From the NCBI GenBank assembly GCA_020137815.1, contig CM035350.1, positions 8,308,001 to 8,372,000 of the forward strand: a DNA stretch of 64,000 bases. Direction: 5' to 3'. Source of the stretch: Hormiphora californensis. Lineage: Eukaryota > Animalia > Ctenophora. Below, piece by piece: positions 26,301-37,432 of the stretch. Numbering within the stretch: the first letter of the stretch is position 1; every line of letters starts with the position of its first letter. A program made the position numbers and the translations under genes. The notes under the pieces are model-generated. The model worked only from the letters and a program-made list of their open reading frames with translations. It was not told where the DNA came from and searched no databases.

Positions 26301-29029
26301 ATCTCTTCCGTTTACTGTTGCACACGCATGCACACTGTCAGAAGCCTACTAAGCAATATCTTTCTCTCCTCTTGGACACACACATCATCACTATCTTACA
26401 TCTCTCAGTTGCTCTTATCCAATGCCCACTGTCTCAAGCGATAGGACAGGGACATGGATAGTATTGTGAAGCCACGGTTCCATTATAAAATCGTAAATAT
26501 AATTATATATAATAGTGTTACAACATTGTTATACGTGTCTACTAAAGGGAGGTAGAACGAACACAAATAAGGGGGAATTCACAAACTCAAATCAAACTCT
26601 AATCATCAATAACTCTTCAAACTTAGGTAGTGTGTAGCAGATTACAAATTCAAGGATATATATCAAGTGTTTCGAGGATATCAGACATTCCTATGTGTGG
26701 GGTAGTTCAACTTGTGTGGATATATTTGAAAGCTAACTTATAGATCCTACGGTTAAAAATCTCAAAGCAGATAGTATAGAATTATATTATTATATGCGGG
26801 TATATTATACGGTATAGTGTTAGCAGGGGAGGGTAAAGCCAACCAGGAGCTATATCTCAGTTTCAGGGCAACCAAAATCCAGAAGTTGAACCGGGTCCAC
26901 TCACGGGTCAGGGTTCAACATCTGGGAGGCCGTTCCGTTCACTGGGCCCATGATACGGCTACATGGTTGGCAAAACCCGACCCTACTTGATATATATATA
27001 ATTATACGTATATAAAAGAGAAAATATATATATAATTACTCCAGTCTTGTAAAAAGTTTGGTAAATCTAAGGCACGTGAGAATTCCGAAACAAACAAGGG
27101 TGTGTAGGATCAGGGAAATACATAGAAGCTAGACAACTAAATAACTCAACTGTTCTTAGCGTGGCCTCTGTTGACAATTAAAGAGCTAATTAATTTTGAA
27201 ATTAAAGCATTTTTTTCGGATAAAAAAGACGAACAAGCTATCTCTAATTGTCAAGATGAAGAGGCTAATTTTTCGTCATATCACAGCCACGTTTCGTTTC
27301 TGGTTGAAGGTGCGGTCCAAAGCCACGGTTGCCCCAGGAAGTCACCACACCCAAACTCCACTCCGAGTGGGAGTAGAGATCTGGTGGGTGACACCCACAG
27401 CGGCTTCAAGGACCACACAACCAGATACTGTAACCATTGTGCGGGTGTCGGGGGAGAATTGAAGTTTTGGAGAGTTTGACACCCCACAAGGCCAGTGACC
27501 ACATCAGAAAAAACCGCTGTCAGTTTATATAAATATATATATACGTGTACTGTGTGCACACATTTATCATGCTCATACACATGTCTACAATAAGGCTTTC
27601 TCTCTTTCCTGGTAACCATGGCTTCACGACTATATATCTTTTCAAGCGAGCTCCGTTATCTCCATCTCTATCTCTTCCTCTCTTCCTTTGTCGTTATGTC
27701 TCTGTGTCCGTTTGCTGTTGGTCGTTCAGATGTAGAATGTGCAGTCATAGGTCTGCAGTCTGTACGTATATAACAGTGTTGTAGGAGAAACCTTACTAAC
27801 TCTCATCATCTAGTACTGCAGAGCAGTATATATTTATGGGGAGATGCCGAGATGCACACACTCAGATATTCAGATGATATATATATTTAAATTCACACAC
27901 ACACACAAACAGAATTTCTATCATCTATAGTGAAAAGAGAGCTATCTCCGTCTCTTATATATTGACTCATCTCGTTGAGCTGCTCGGTGTGTATAATATC
28001 ACGGGGGTGTGCGTTTCATGTTGCTGTCTGTGGGTCAGGATTTGTCAGCTTAACATTACGATTACACATTATAAAATTATACCAATTTATTTTTCCACTT
28101 TTTAAAGAAAGGTACATAAAGATATATAACGGGGGGAGTTATCTACCTCTCTGCGATCTGACTGGTTGAAGTTATACCTTGTTACAAACATACCTTTAAC
28201 CGGGGGAGGGATAAGTTTTGAGAAATGCCCTGACAAGGCTTAGCAGCACGGTGTTGGTCGGTGACTTGAGGCGTGAGGCCCAACCGAAAGACCTGTGGCC
28301 CAATAGCGGCGAACGCCACTACAGATCTAACAGCCAGACACACTCACCCTTCGCCCGATATTTCACAAGAGGGAGGGAAGAGAGTCTCAGTCTCACACGT
28401 CGTTCCCAGCAGCATCCTCTCTCCCAAGCCCCAATATATATAACTCACCTGTCACCCAACTACGCGATGATGCTTTGAAGACACGAAGAAAGTTAATCGA
28501 TTGTTGCCCGCTTGTTGTCAAAATTTGAACAGAGGATTAGGGACGTTAAATATTACCGAAATCAATTTGGGGATAGAGGAGGAGGATAAATTGTTGTAGG
28601 TGCTATGCCGAATCAATCGGGATTCGGTAGTTGTACAGTGCTGCGTTAGAGAGAGATATAGAGATAGTTAGAGAGAAATATATAAAGTTTATTGATTGTA
28701 TACTTTATTTATTAGCCGTGCCATTAGCTTCTATCAGCTGCTATAAGGTGAGGTGTGCTGTGGTTTGTGTGATAAACAAAGGGGGCATATTACACATGTG
28801 ACAATCTTGGGTTGATCTAACATACACACACACACACACACATGGATCATAGTTGTATACGTGGTATATATTGTTGACAGGGACACCTTACAATTCAGAA
28901 GTAAAAAAGGTAGGTTCAGTATCTCATAAAAAACCGAAGACAGTGTTCACACGCTAGATCTATAGAGATAGAGCTAGATATTAGTGCCTAGAACTATCAC
29001 ATAACGGCGTTGTACACCTTAACATAGCG

Positions 29030-30112
29030 TTAAAACAGTCCACAGTCTTTGAGGTTGTTTTTGATGATAACATCCGTTACTGCATCGAACACGAACTGAA
29101 TGTTGCCCGTGTCCGTCGCACACGTGAAATGGGTGTAAACCTCTTTCCCCTCTTTTCGGTTAAGTGCCTCGAACTTCAGCTGAATGTACTGAGCGGCCTC
29201 GCTGTAGGAATTGGGACCGGTATACTCGGGGAAGCATCGTGTCAGCGGTGATTTTGATATCTTAACCTCGAACAAGTCCATTTTGTTAAGGAAGAGAATA
29301 ATTGAGGTCTCCGTAAACCACTTGTTGTTGCATATCGAATCAAATAGCTTCATGCTCTCGTGCATACGGTTTACAGACACATCCTCAGCCAACTTTAGAT
29401 CGTATGCATTGAGGGAAGAACAGAAAATGATGGCCGTTACCCCCTCAAAGCAATGGATCCACTTCCTCCGCTCAGACCGCTGCCCACCAACATCGAACAT
29501 ACAAAACTGTAGTTCTTTGTGACCGAACTTTTGCTCTACAATGCCTATAGTCCGAACACGAGACCTCAGCACATCTTGCTCGTTAGGCAGGAAATCAGGC
29601 ATGAAAACCCTATCAAGATCGTCAAGGTAATACTGTGCAGAATCATTTAGATGGTACTCGTTAGACCTGTTAAAGCACTCCTTGATATCCGGGTCCTCCC
29701 ATAGCCGTTTGATAAGATCCTGAGCCTCCTCGGACAAAAACATAGTAACCCCCATCATCTCCTCGCCATATTGGCAAAGCCGGTGGGTGTCCGCTGCACG
29801 GGCCGAGTCCCTGATCTCAATTGGTGGCAAAATACTGGAGCATGCCTGGATGATACTGATCATAGACCGCAAGATGTTATCGTTAATGATTGGTATGTAA
29901 GACCTCCGCTCCTCATCACTGTACCCACTTTTATGAATGATGTTCATTTGTTTCACGATGGTCGATTTCCCAGACTCGCCCGCCCCTAGCAGCAACAACT
30001 TGACCTCTCGGGCAGCACGCTCCCCATCGAACCTCAGCTGGCGATCGAGTGCCTTGCTGCGCTCGATGGCATTCCGATCCGCACCCTCTAGGGCGGATAC
30101 TGCACAGCCCAT
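29030..30112 (-). CDS. GNAI: Heterotrimeric G-protein alpha subunit, Gi class, paralog A (intronless, 360 aa)
   Basis: MGC acylation start, [35 protein letters not shown] and the Gi-type C-terminus [12 protein letters not shown]. Confidence 0.96.
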   Translation of the reverse strand: MGCAVSALEGADRNAIERSKALDRQLRFDGERAAREVKLLLLGAGESGKSTIVKQMNIIHKSGYSDEERRSYIPIINDNILRSMISIIQACSSILPPIEIRDSARAADTHRLCQYGEEMMGVTMFLSEEAQDLIKRLWEDPDIKECFNRSNEYHLNDSAQYYLDDLDRVFMPDFLPNEQDVLRSRVRTIGIVEQKFGHKELQFCMFDVGGQRSERRKWIHCFEGVTAIIFCSSLNAYDLKLAEDVSVNRMHESMKLFDSICNNKWFTETSIILFLNKMDLFEVKISKSPLTRCFPEYTGPNSYSEAAQYIQLKFEALNRKEGKEVYTHFTCATDTGNIQFVFDAVTDVIIKNNLKDCGLF

Positions 30113-31746
30113 TAAGAGAAGTTACAATTGCTACAATGAAACCACGACTACCATTAACCTGTGTTAGAGCTACACGTTACGCACAAAGAGAGGTAGTGGG
30201 GAGAGAGGGGGAACACCAAGACGGTGTTTTGAGTAAAACAAGGGTACATTCAAATTCGTTAATGCACAGTATTGATAAGTTTGGTCTCTTTTACTCTCGG
30301 TTTCAGTTATTGCATAGTGTTCTCGCACAGTTCACCTTCCGTTATATAATATCATCATATATCACAGCTGATATATCACACAGCTCTCCTAGTATTGTTC
30401 ACCACAGTTATTTTCGGATCTAACCACTTATTTCTATGTTCTGTTTCTACAAGTAACACTCTTATTCTACATGTATAACAATTACCGTTCAGGTCCTTTA
30501 CCATATCATATATATATGTCAAAACACACATACAGCGGTATAGGTAAAGACGTAATAATGGGAACACAAACAGCTATTACGGACAACGAGCATCTGAAAT
30601 CGAGATGTTGAGGATGATACGTATATAATATATTTATAAATATATGTATATATCGGAATATATTCATCAAAAGCAGTGTGGTGATTGGATGATGATTGTT
30701 GGTGAGTGCCGGGGTGAGTGCATGGAACTTAGCACAGATTCAGCACAGCAAAGACTGCGACATAGACCGGTAGGGATGGTGGGGTTGGGAGAGGGTAAGG
30801 GTTTCGGGTGTTACCTGGTAATTCGGTTTTAAAAGCGGTATAATTTTGGAAGAGAGGGTTATTGCCGTGTCGGATAACGATAGAGAGAGAGTTGTGTCAG
30901 GCAACAATTGATTGTAGACTTTCTTGTATTACGTACTACTATGCCAGCGGAAACGTGTTCTGCTCCCAACGGACAGTCAGGAAAAAATTGTAGGCAGAAA
31001 GAAGGCGAAATGAGCTGTTGAAACACCACAGAAGTGTGTCCATCTCTCTGGCGGGATGTAGTTCTTCTTGTTAAAGAAATAGGACCCCCTTGACCGCACA
31101 CACGGGAAGAGAATAAAGTTTCAGGGAGTTCTCCTTCTTCAACTTGACACATCCTTCCCTCTCACACACACACACACACGGACTCACACACGAAGACACA
31201 CACTTATTCACTCTCTCACATTTACACACACACTCAGTTCTGGAGTCAGTTAATATCATATACATGTATATCTTGGTGATGAACTGTGATCACACTTACT
31301 AGCCTAGTCGGTAGATCGTCACACTCTCTATATATCATAGTGAGGGGGTGGTATAACATGCGACAACAACAACAACCTGTGTTTATGGCCAGCTCGCATG
31401 GAGATAGGAGAGAGAGAAATACACCGGCAACATCGGCATGGGCGCAACAGTTCATGTGTGTTTCCAACAGCGGTTAAAAGAAGGGCTATTCTATGTTTTT
31501 CAGAGATAGAGAGAGACAGAGCTGACCTCAGTGTGTTGAACAGCCAAAGAGAACGGCCGCTGTGCCACCCAGAACTTCCCCTCAAAGAGTTGAAGGGCTG
31601 GTAGACACCGCGGACCGCACGCTTGTATCATCTAGCTTCTTGAAAAGGCTTAAACCGAGCAATATGGTCTACATGTCTTGAGCAGGCACAGTGTTAGCCC
31701 TAAAGCCCTAAAAAACAAACTCTTACCTACAAAGATCACGAATGCT

Positions 31747-32814
31747 TTAAAACAGTCCACAGTCTTTGAGGTTGTTTTTGATGATAACATCCGTTACTGC
31801 ATCGAACACGAACTGAATGTTGCCCGTGTCCGTTGCCTGCGTGAAGTGAGTGTAAATCTCCTTGTCCTCTGCCTTGTTTAGGTTCTCAAACTGCGCCTGG
31901 ATGTAGTTGGCCGCCTCCGCATACTCGTCCGCTCCACAGTACTCCGGGAAGCACACTTTCAGGGAGGAACGGATAATTTTCTCCTCAAAAAGATCCTTCT
32001 TGTTGAGGAACAGAATAATAGATGTATCCAGGAACCACTTGTTGTTACATATCGAATCAAATAGCTTCATGCTCTCGTGCATACGGTTTGTTTGGTCATC
32101 CTCCGCTAAAACCAGATCATACGCACTCAATGAGGCACAGAAAATAATGGCCGTTACCCCCTCAAAGCAATGGATCCACTTCCTTCGCTCAGACCGCTGC
32201 CCTCCCACGTCGTACATACGAAAGTGAAGATCCTTGAACGAGAAGTTCTCCTCCACAATACCAGTAGTTTGAACTCGACACCTGAGCACATCCTGCTCAT
32301 CCGGAATAAAGTCGGGTCCACAGATCCTATCAATGGCGTCTAGGTAATACTTGGCGCTGTCCATCAGTTGGTACTCATTGGAGCGCCGGAAACAAGCTTG
32401 CACTCCCTCGTCCACCCAGAGCCGCTTCATGACATCGGGAGCTCCTTCAGGGAGCTGAGTGGCGGAGGTGTCGAGAAGATCGTAACCAACCAACTTGTCC
32501 GCATCGGCCTGTCTGGCGGGGTCCCCGAAACTAACGTTCGGGGTGATGGAATTCATGGCCTGAACAATGTTAGTGAGGGAGACCAGGGCGTTATTGAGGA
32601 TCACATTGATGAACTTCTTCCTAGAATCCTCACTGTAACCATCCTTGTGAATGATGGTCATCTGTTTCACGATGGTCGACTTGCCTGACTCACCAGCCCC
32701 AAGGAGCAGAAGCTTGACCTCACGTTGAGATTTCTCATGGTCTTCTTTCAGCTGCCTGTCAAGCTGCCTGCTCCGCTCTTTTTCAGCTGTGTCGGAAGAC
32801 CCACAACATCCCAT
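31747..32814 (-). CDS. GNAI: Heterotrimeric G-protein alpha subunit, Gi class, paralog B (intronless, 355 aa)
   Basis: Likely start MGCCGS (ATG 32814). Contains [30 protein letters not shown] and the C-terminus [12 protein letters not shown]. Confidence 0.96.
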   Translation of the reverse strand: MGCCGSSDTAEKERSRQLDRQLKEDHEKSQREVKLLLLGAGESGKSTIVKQMTIIHKDGYSEDSRKKFINVILNNALVSLTNIVQAMNSITPNVSFGDPARQADADKLVGYDLLDTSATQLPEGAPDVMKRLWVDEGVQACFRRSNEYQLMDSAKYYLDAIDRICGPDFIPDEQDVLRCRVQTTGIVEENFSFKDLHFRMYDVGGQRSERRKWIHCFEGVTAIIFCASLSAYDLVLAEDDQTNRMHESMKLFDSICNNKWFLDTSIILFLNKKDLFEEKIIRSSLKVCFPEYCGADEYAEAANYIQAQFENLNKAEDKEIYTHFTQATDTGNIQFVFDAVTDVIIKNNLKDCGLF

Positions 32815-34564
32815 TGTGGAGTGCAAACTTTAGCAGTATTCTTTTATCAGTCTTCCCACATGACCCATTTACTAGAGGGGATAATACATGGGTTAGAAAC
32901 TAATGATATACAGGAAATAAATACAGAGACGGTGAAGAAAGTTAAAAATTCGGGGAAATCATTATGTTCGATAGAAATAGCTAAATAATTAGAACGAAAT
33001 GAATACTGAGTAATGCGAGATACTTGTTTCTAAAAAGAGAGGCCGCGAGAGGGGTAGAGTGCAACCGAGAGAAGAGAGAGAGATATATAATAGTGGTTAT
33101 AACATAGCTAGTTGACTATTGCGGCAACGTACTATACTTTCACACACTCGTACACACAGACCTGGATCCAGGTGCTAAACAAAAAACGCTTTATAAAACT
33201 ATCGGCCTGACGTAAAGCGAAACTTCGGCTAGTTCAAAGAACTAAATGGTGAAATGGAGAAATGTAAATTGACAAGGTTCGGCTAATTAGGCAAAAGAAA
33301 CCCACGCACAAATGCCAAAAATATAACACCGAAATTATCAACAGACTTTTGATTCTGTAGCTCATACTGCATTTTAAACTGCTCACTGCTGTGAGAGTTC
33401 GGCAGATCAAGCTTTTGTTTGCCATATATCTAAAATTGACCATCTGACCGCAGACAGACGACGGTCTTTGGTTCTGGTAATCAAAACTAATGCCCAATGA
33501 TGAGAGAAGACGTAACGGAGCAGCCGAACAAGCTTGGCGCTAGCCTGATATTCGATAGCTTTTCGGAAATCACACTGTTATAGCAGAGTCCAGAGATGCA
33601 TCATGATGCACCTAGAGCTCTATAGAGAGCACTTTGGCAAAATTATCTCTGGCAACCAAATGCAAGGGGTCGGAAGACCAGTTGATTGCGGTTGACAAAA
33701 CAATTTAATCAAGGAAATGACCACCATTTGATTAATATCAACGGTAAAGTGGTATGAATTTTCTCAAAATGCACACAAATCACTAGGGGCCTTGAATTGT
33801 GGGGAGCACGGAAACAGTGCCTCCCGCATGTTAAGAAGTCGTTACTAGAGCAAATTTTACACAGGGTGAATATGGATGATGGTCCGTGGTATGAATTAGA
33901 ATTAGAATTAGATAATTGTAATTTACGAGAACCCTCAACCCCACACATCACTGTTGTACAAAATAAATCCACAAAAATGAGATCAAATAAAAGAACTTTG
34001 CCTGTTGAGTGTTGGGATGGCTCATTGCGGTTTCATGCAAGGCGGTTTTTAGATTCAGGAATCAGGAACACCATTTTAAAAGTTAAAGCTTGGTGTACGC
34101 TTAGTGCACGTTTAAGGCTTTCTCGCTGTGTACAATTGTGTTGAAAATTAACATACGCTGTGCGGGCCGCGGGGGAAGGCACGCAGGGCGCATGAACCAC
34201 AGCAGACAGCTACGGGGGGCGAAGTTTAACTTTTGTAAAAATCCTGGAGCTGCAGCTCACTCGAAGCAACTCAGCTCAGTTTTACGTTAAGCCGCGCACT
34301 TAAAGCTGCGCAGTATGCAAAATAATTCGCGTGTTACATTATCAGCGTTTTATTGCATCGTAAAAAGTCCATTTCAAATAACGCGACCAGCACCAACCGG
34401 TTTAAAACGAAGTTGCAGTTTTCTGTTTTTCCAAGTCCCAAAGGGCCAGCGTTAAAATCTGGGTGTCTCGTGGGTGTCTCGTGAGTGCTCTGTGCGGTTT
34501 TTAGGGTTAGGGCTAAAGTAGGGTTAGGGTTTGGGTTTAGGCCTTGATATTTTCTAAAGTCCAA

Positions 34565-34781
34565 TTTTTTTATTTAAGTGACAGGCCGCAGCGCATCAAA
34601 ATGCAGCGCTTGAAATCGATTTCCGGTTCCTGATAAGCTAGCGACTTTTTCTTGGTGCCATTGGAAAGATAAAAATTTTTTCTTTCCAACGCAACCAAGA
34701 TCAAGTCTTTATCTTATCAGGAACCGGAGATATGGCCAATTAACCAATTGAGTGCGCGGCGGCCTGTCGCTTAAATAAAAA
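34565..34781. repeat. About 215-bp imperfect palindrome inside a repeat carrying TTAGGG-like motifs
   Basis: tatttaagtgacaggccgc...ccggttcctgataag...ttggaaaga pairs with tctttccaa...cttatcaggaaccgg...gcggcctgtcgcttaaata. Flanking (T)TAGGG-rich blocks lie at about 34500 and 35047. Segment 34805-34920 resembles 36957-37070. Confidence 0.55.
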
Positions 34782-35159
34782 TTCGACTATACCAGATAAT
34801 TGAGAAACTTTGAATTAGCCAGAACGGTTAAGTGGTTTGGCGGTTAGAGCCATTTATTGAATCAACTTTTTTGGAAGCGCGCACCTGTAAACGGGCCACG
34901 AAACACCCAGATCGTAACGGCGCCCCTTGAAAAGGGCTGCCTTATCCCGTGCTTCCAACAAAAGCACCGGAAACGGTGCGGCCACGGGGAAGTGGAAATG
35001 TTAAGATCTGGGTTTTTTAATGTCATCACTCGGCGCTCACTGTTTTGTAGGGTTAGGTCTAAAGTAGGGTTAAGGTTAGGGGCGGGATTCGTTCATAAGA
35101 TTTCTATAAGATCATCATAAGAGCGGACGACGATAGTACCCTGTTGGAAGAGAAAATAC

Positions 35160-35326
35160 ACTGTAGCCTCAAGCTTCGACACAATGTTACTAAACGTGGT
35201 ATCTCTATAGCTGGTCCAGTCGTATGGAACAGTCTACCACGACTCCTAAGAGAATCAGCCTCTGTTGCAGAGTTCAAAAAGTACCTGAAACATCATCTAT
35301 TTATTGAAAGTTTCGGTTGTTCTTAG
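35160..35326 (+). mobile_element. 5'-truncated L2/CR1-type LINE remnant (ORF2 extreme C-terminus)
   Basis: Translation ISIAGPVVWNSLPRLLRESASVAEFKKYLKHHLF matches the WNxLP...FK..LK end motif of L2/CR1 ORF2. Confidence 0.65.
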
Positions 35327-35874
35327 GAGTGGTTAGTCGGTCATTGAAATCTACCTGCCTTCTGAATTTCCCTCTTATTTCTACATTTCCTGGGTTCTGA
35401 GTTCCTATGGCTACTACTGGTTTTCCTGGGTTTCTACTGGGTTCCTTTGCAATGGTTACTACCGGTTTTCTTTGGTTTCTACTTGCTTCCTTGGTTTCCT
35501 GGGTCATCTTGGTATGTCTGACGTCTGCACAGCACCATCTTTCCAGCACCTGCACACCCTCATCCTTTCCAGGGCACCATTTTCCATTAAGCTGTGCAGT
35601 GTATCCTTGTCCTCCTCCAGGCCACAGCTTCTAATTCTCTAAATTGCGTATCTCCTGTCTGGCTTCCGTTGGAACTACACATGGTCTGCCTCCCTTGCTT
35701 GGTCCTTTCCTGGGTTCCCGTGTCCTGTGTCACCTATCACTACTCGGTATTCATTGCCACCACGCCCTAATGGCTTATGCACTGGTCTAAATTCCAGACT
35801 TCCACTCCCTTCCATCCCACTATACCTATGTCCTACTACACCTACTACATTCCTTCCTACATCTACATTCCTTC

Positions 35875-36258
35875 GGCAGGTGAGTAGAACTTCGCTCCTA
35901 ATAAAAGGCTGCAATAAAAGGCTGCAATAAAAGGCTGCAGAAAAAGGCTGCAATAAAAGGCTGCAATAAAAGGCTGCAATAAAAGGCTGCAGAAAAAGGC
36001 TGCAATAAAAGGCTGCAATAAAAGGCTGCAGAAAAAGGCTGCAATAAAAGGCTGCAATAAAAGGCTGCAGAAAAAGGCTGCAATAAAAGGCTGCAATAAA
36101 AGGCTGCAATAAAAGGCTGCAATAAAAGGCTGCAGAAAAAGGCTGCAATAAAAGGCTGCAATAAAAGGCTGCAATAAAAGGCTGCACTAAAAGGCTGCAA
36201 GGGATCACGTATCCAACTAGACTAAAGCGGGGGATATACCGAATCGTCCTCCCCTAAT
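35875..36258 (+). mobile_element. Solo left arm of the GGCAGG-ended foldback element with an expanded 13-bp minisatellite
   Basis: Same terminal sequence as 38760 (ggcaggtgagtagaacttcgctcctaataaaaggctgc), followed by more than 20 copies of AATAAAAGGCTGC/AGAAAAAGGCTGC and the shared subterminal block. Confidence 0.8.
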
Positions 36259-36865
36259 AGTATTTTAGGTTCTTTGTGTGTATTTTGTTTAAACGTATCT
36301 TGGCCTTTCGAGTTTGTGTAGAGTTGAGTAGATGAGGTTGCAGACCGGCTGAAAGAGACCGACGAAAGAGGACCATACACTCCGTTTTAAACGTTTTTCT
36401 CGATAAAAAACTATGCCTTGTATGTCCAGACAATAATATCCACCGAAACAAACTCTGTATCGAAATACACACTCTCAAGGACTGCGTGTTTGAAGGACAG
36501 CTAATTTGACTTTGGTGGTCTGTCGGTGAGTTGATTTGTTGGTCTATTTATTTGTCCCGATGTTTTAGCAACTGTTATGATCGTGTTTTGAATGTTCGTG
36601 TTATATGTTCTTGTTTTGTATGTTCGTGTTTTGTATGTTCGCGTTTATGTTCGTGTTTGTATGTTCGTGTTTTGTTATGCTCGTGTTTGTATCTGTACCA
36701 CTTTTGAAAGTGAGCGAGTATGTCAAGCGTAGGCTGTTGGTGCGTGCTCCATTATTTTACACTATAAAGTGGTACATATATATAAATGATTATATTACAT
36801 TTACATTTACATTTACATTTACATTTACATTTACATTTACATTTACATTTACATTTACATTTACA
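36259..36865 (+). mobile_element. Retroposon with (ACATTT)n tail, copy 2
   Basis: Reverse complement of 6819-7507 with small internal deletions. Long (ACATTT)n tail at 36796-36865. Confidence 0.75.
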
Positions 36866-37432
36866 TCTTTTTAGTTTTTGGCATGCGCCGCTGTCCCATA
36901 GTCAATAGTGTGCATGTTTTTGACGCTAAGCTACCTTGAGGGGGCAGGGGCCAATTAAACTTTGAATTATCAATTAGCCAAAATGGTTGATTAAGTAGAT
37001 TGGTGGGTACTTTTTGGCAGCGTGCTGCGTGAACCTGTAAACAGGCCTTTAAACACCCCGATCGTAACCGGTAACGCAGCCAAACCGTCCAAGAAGATCG
37101 CCTTGCAGTCTAAAATCTAAATGTGTCAATCGTATCCTTCTGACAACCCCTATTGTTCATTGCACTATAGTCCCTGGAAAACGACCAAGGCGGTTCGTTA
37201 TGTGCGTTACCGGAAGTTTCAGGAGCATAGCAAGCAGAAAACGCGAGTTACAAGTGATTCCATGCTTCCACTGTGTGCGGCTGGGTTGGTTTTATATGTT
37301 GGGGCGCCTTAATCTCTCAACGATAGGAATGGCTAAAATTTATATGTCATTGTATTTTTCACGTAATGGATGCCCTGACTATTACATACTCACCTTAAAA
37401 TAATGTTTAGCAAGGAATAAAGGGAAGCCATA

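Noticed and set aside
29211-32688. Plus-strand ORFs overlapping the G-alpha genes (also 52126-53271 and 59257-59745)
   Set aside because: Antisense shadows of minus-strand coding sequence.
34500-35090. TTAGGG-like motifs as a telomere
   Set aside because: Only a few degenerate units embedded in an interspersed repeat.
35675-36208. Repetitive ORFs and a CRISPR-like appearance
   Set aside because: A pure 13-bp tandem repeat with no unique spacers and no cas genes; part of a transposon arm.
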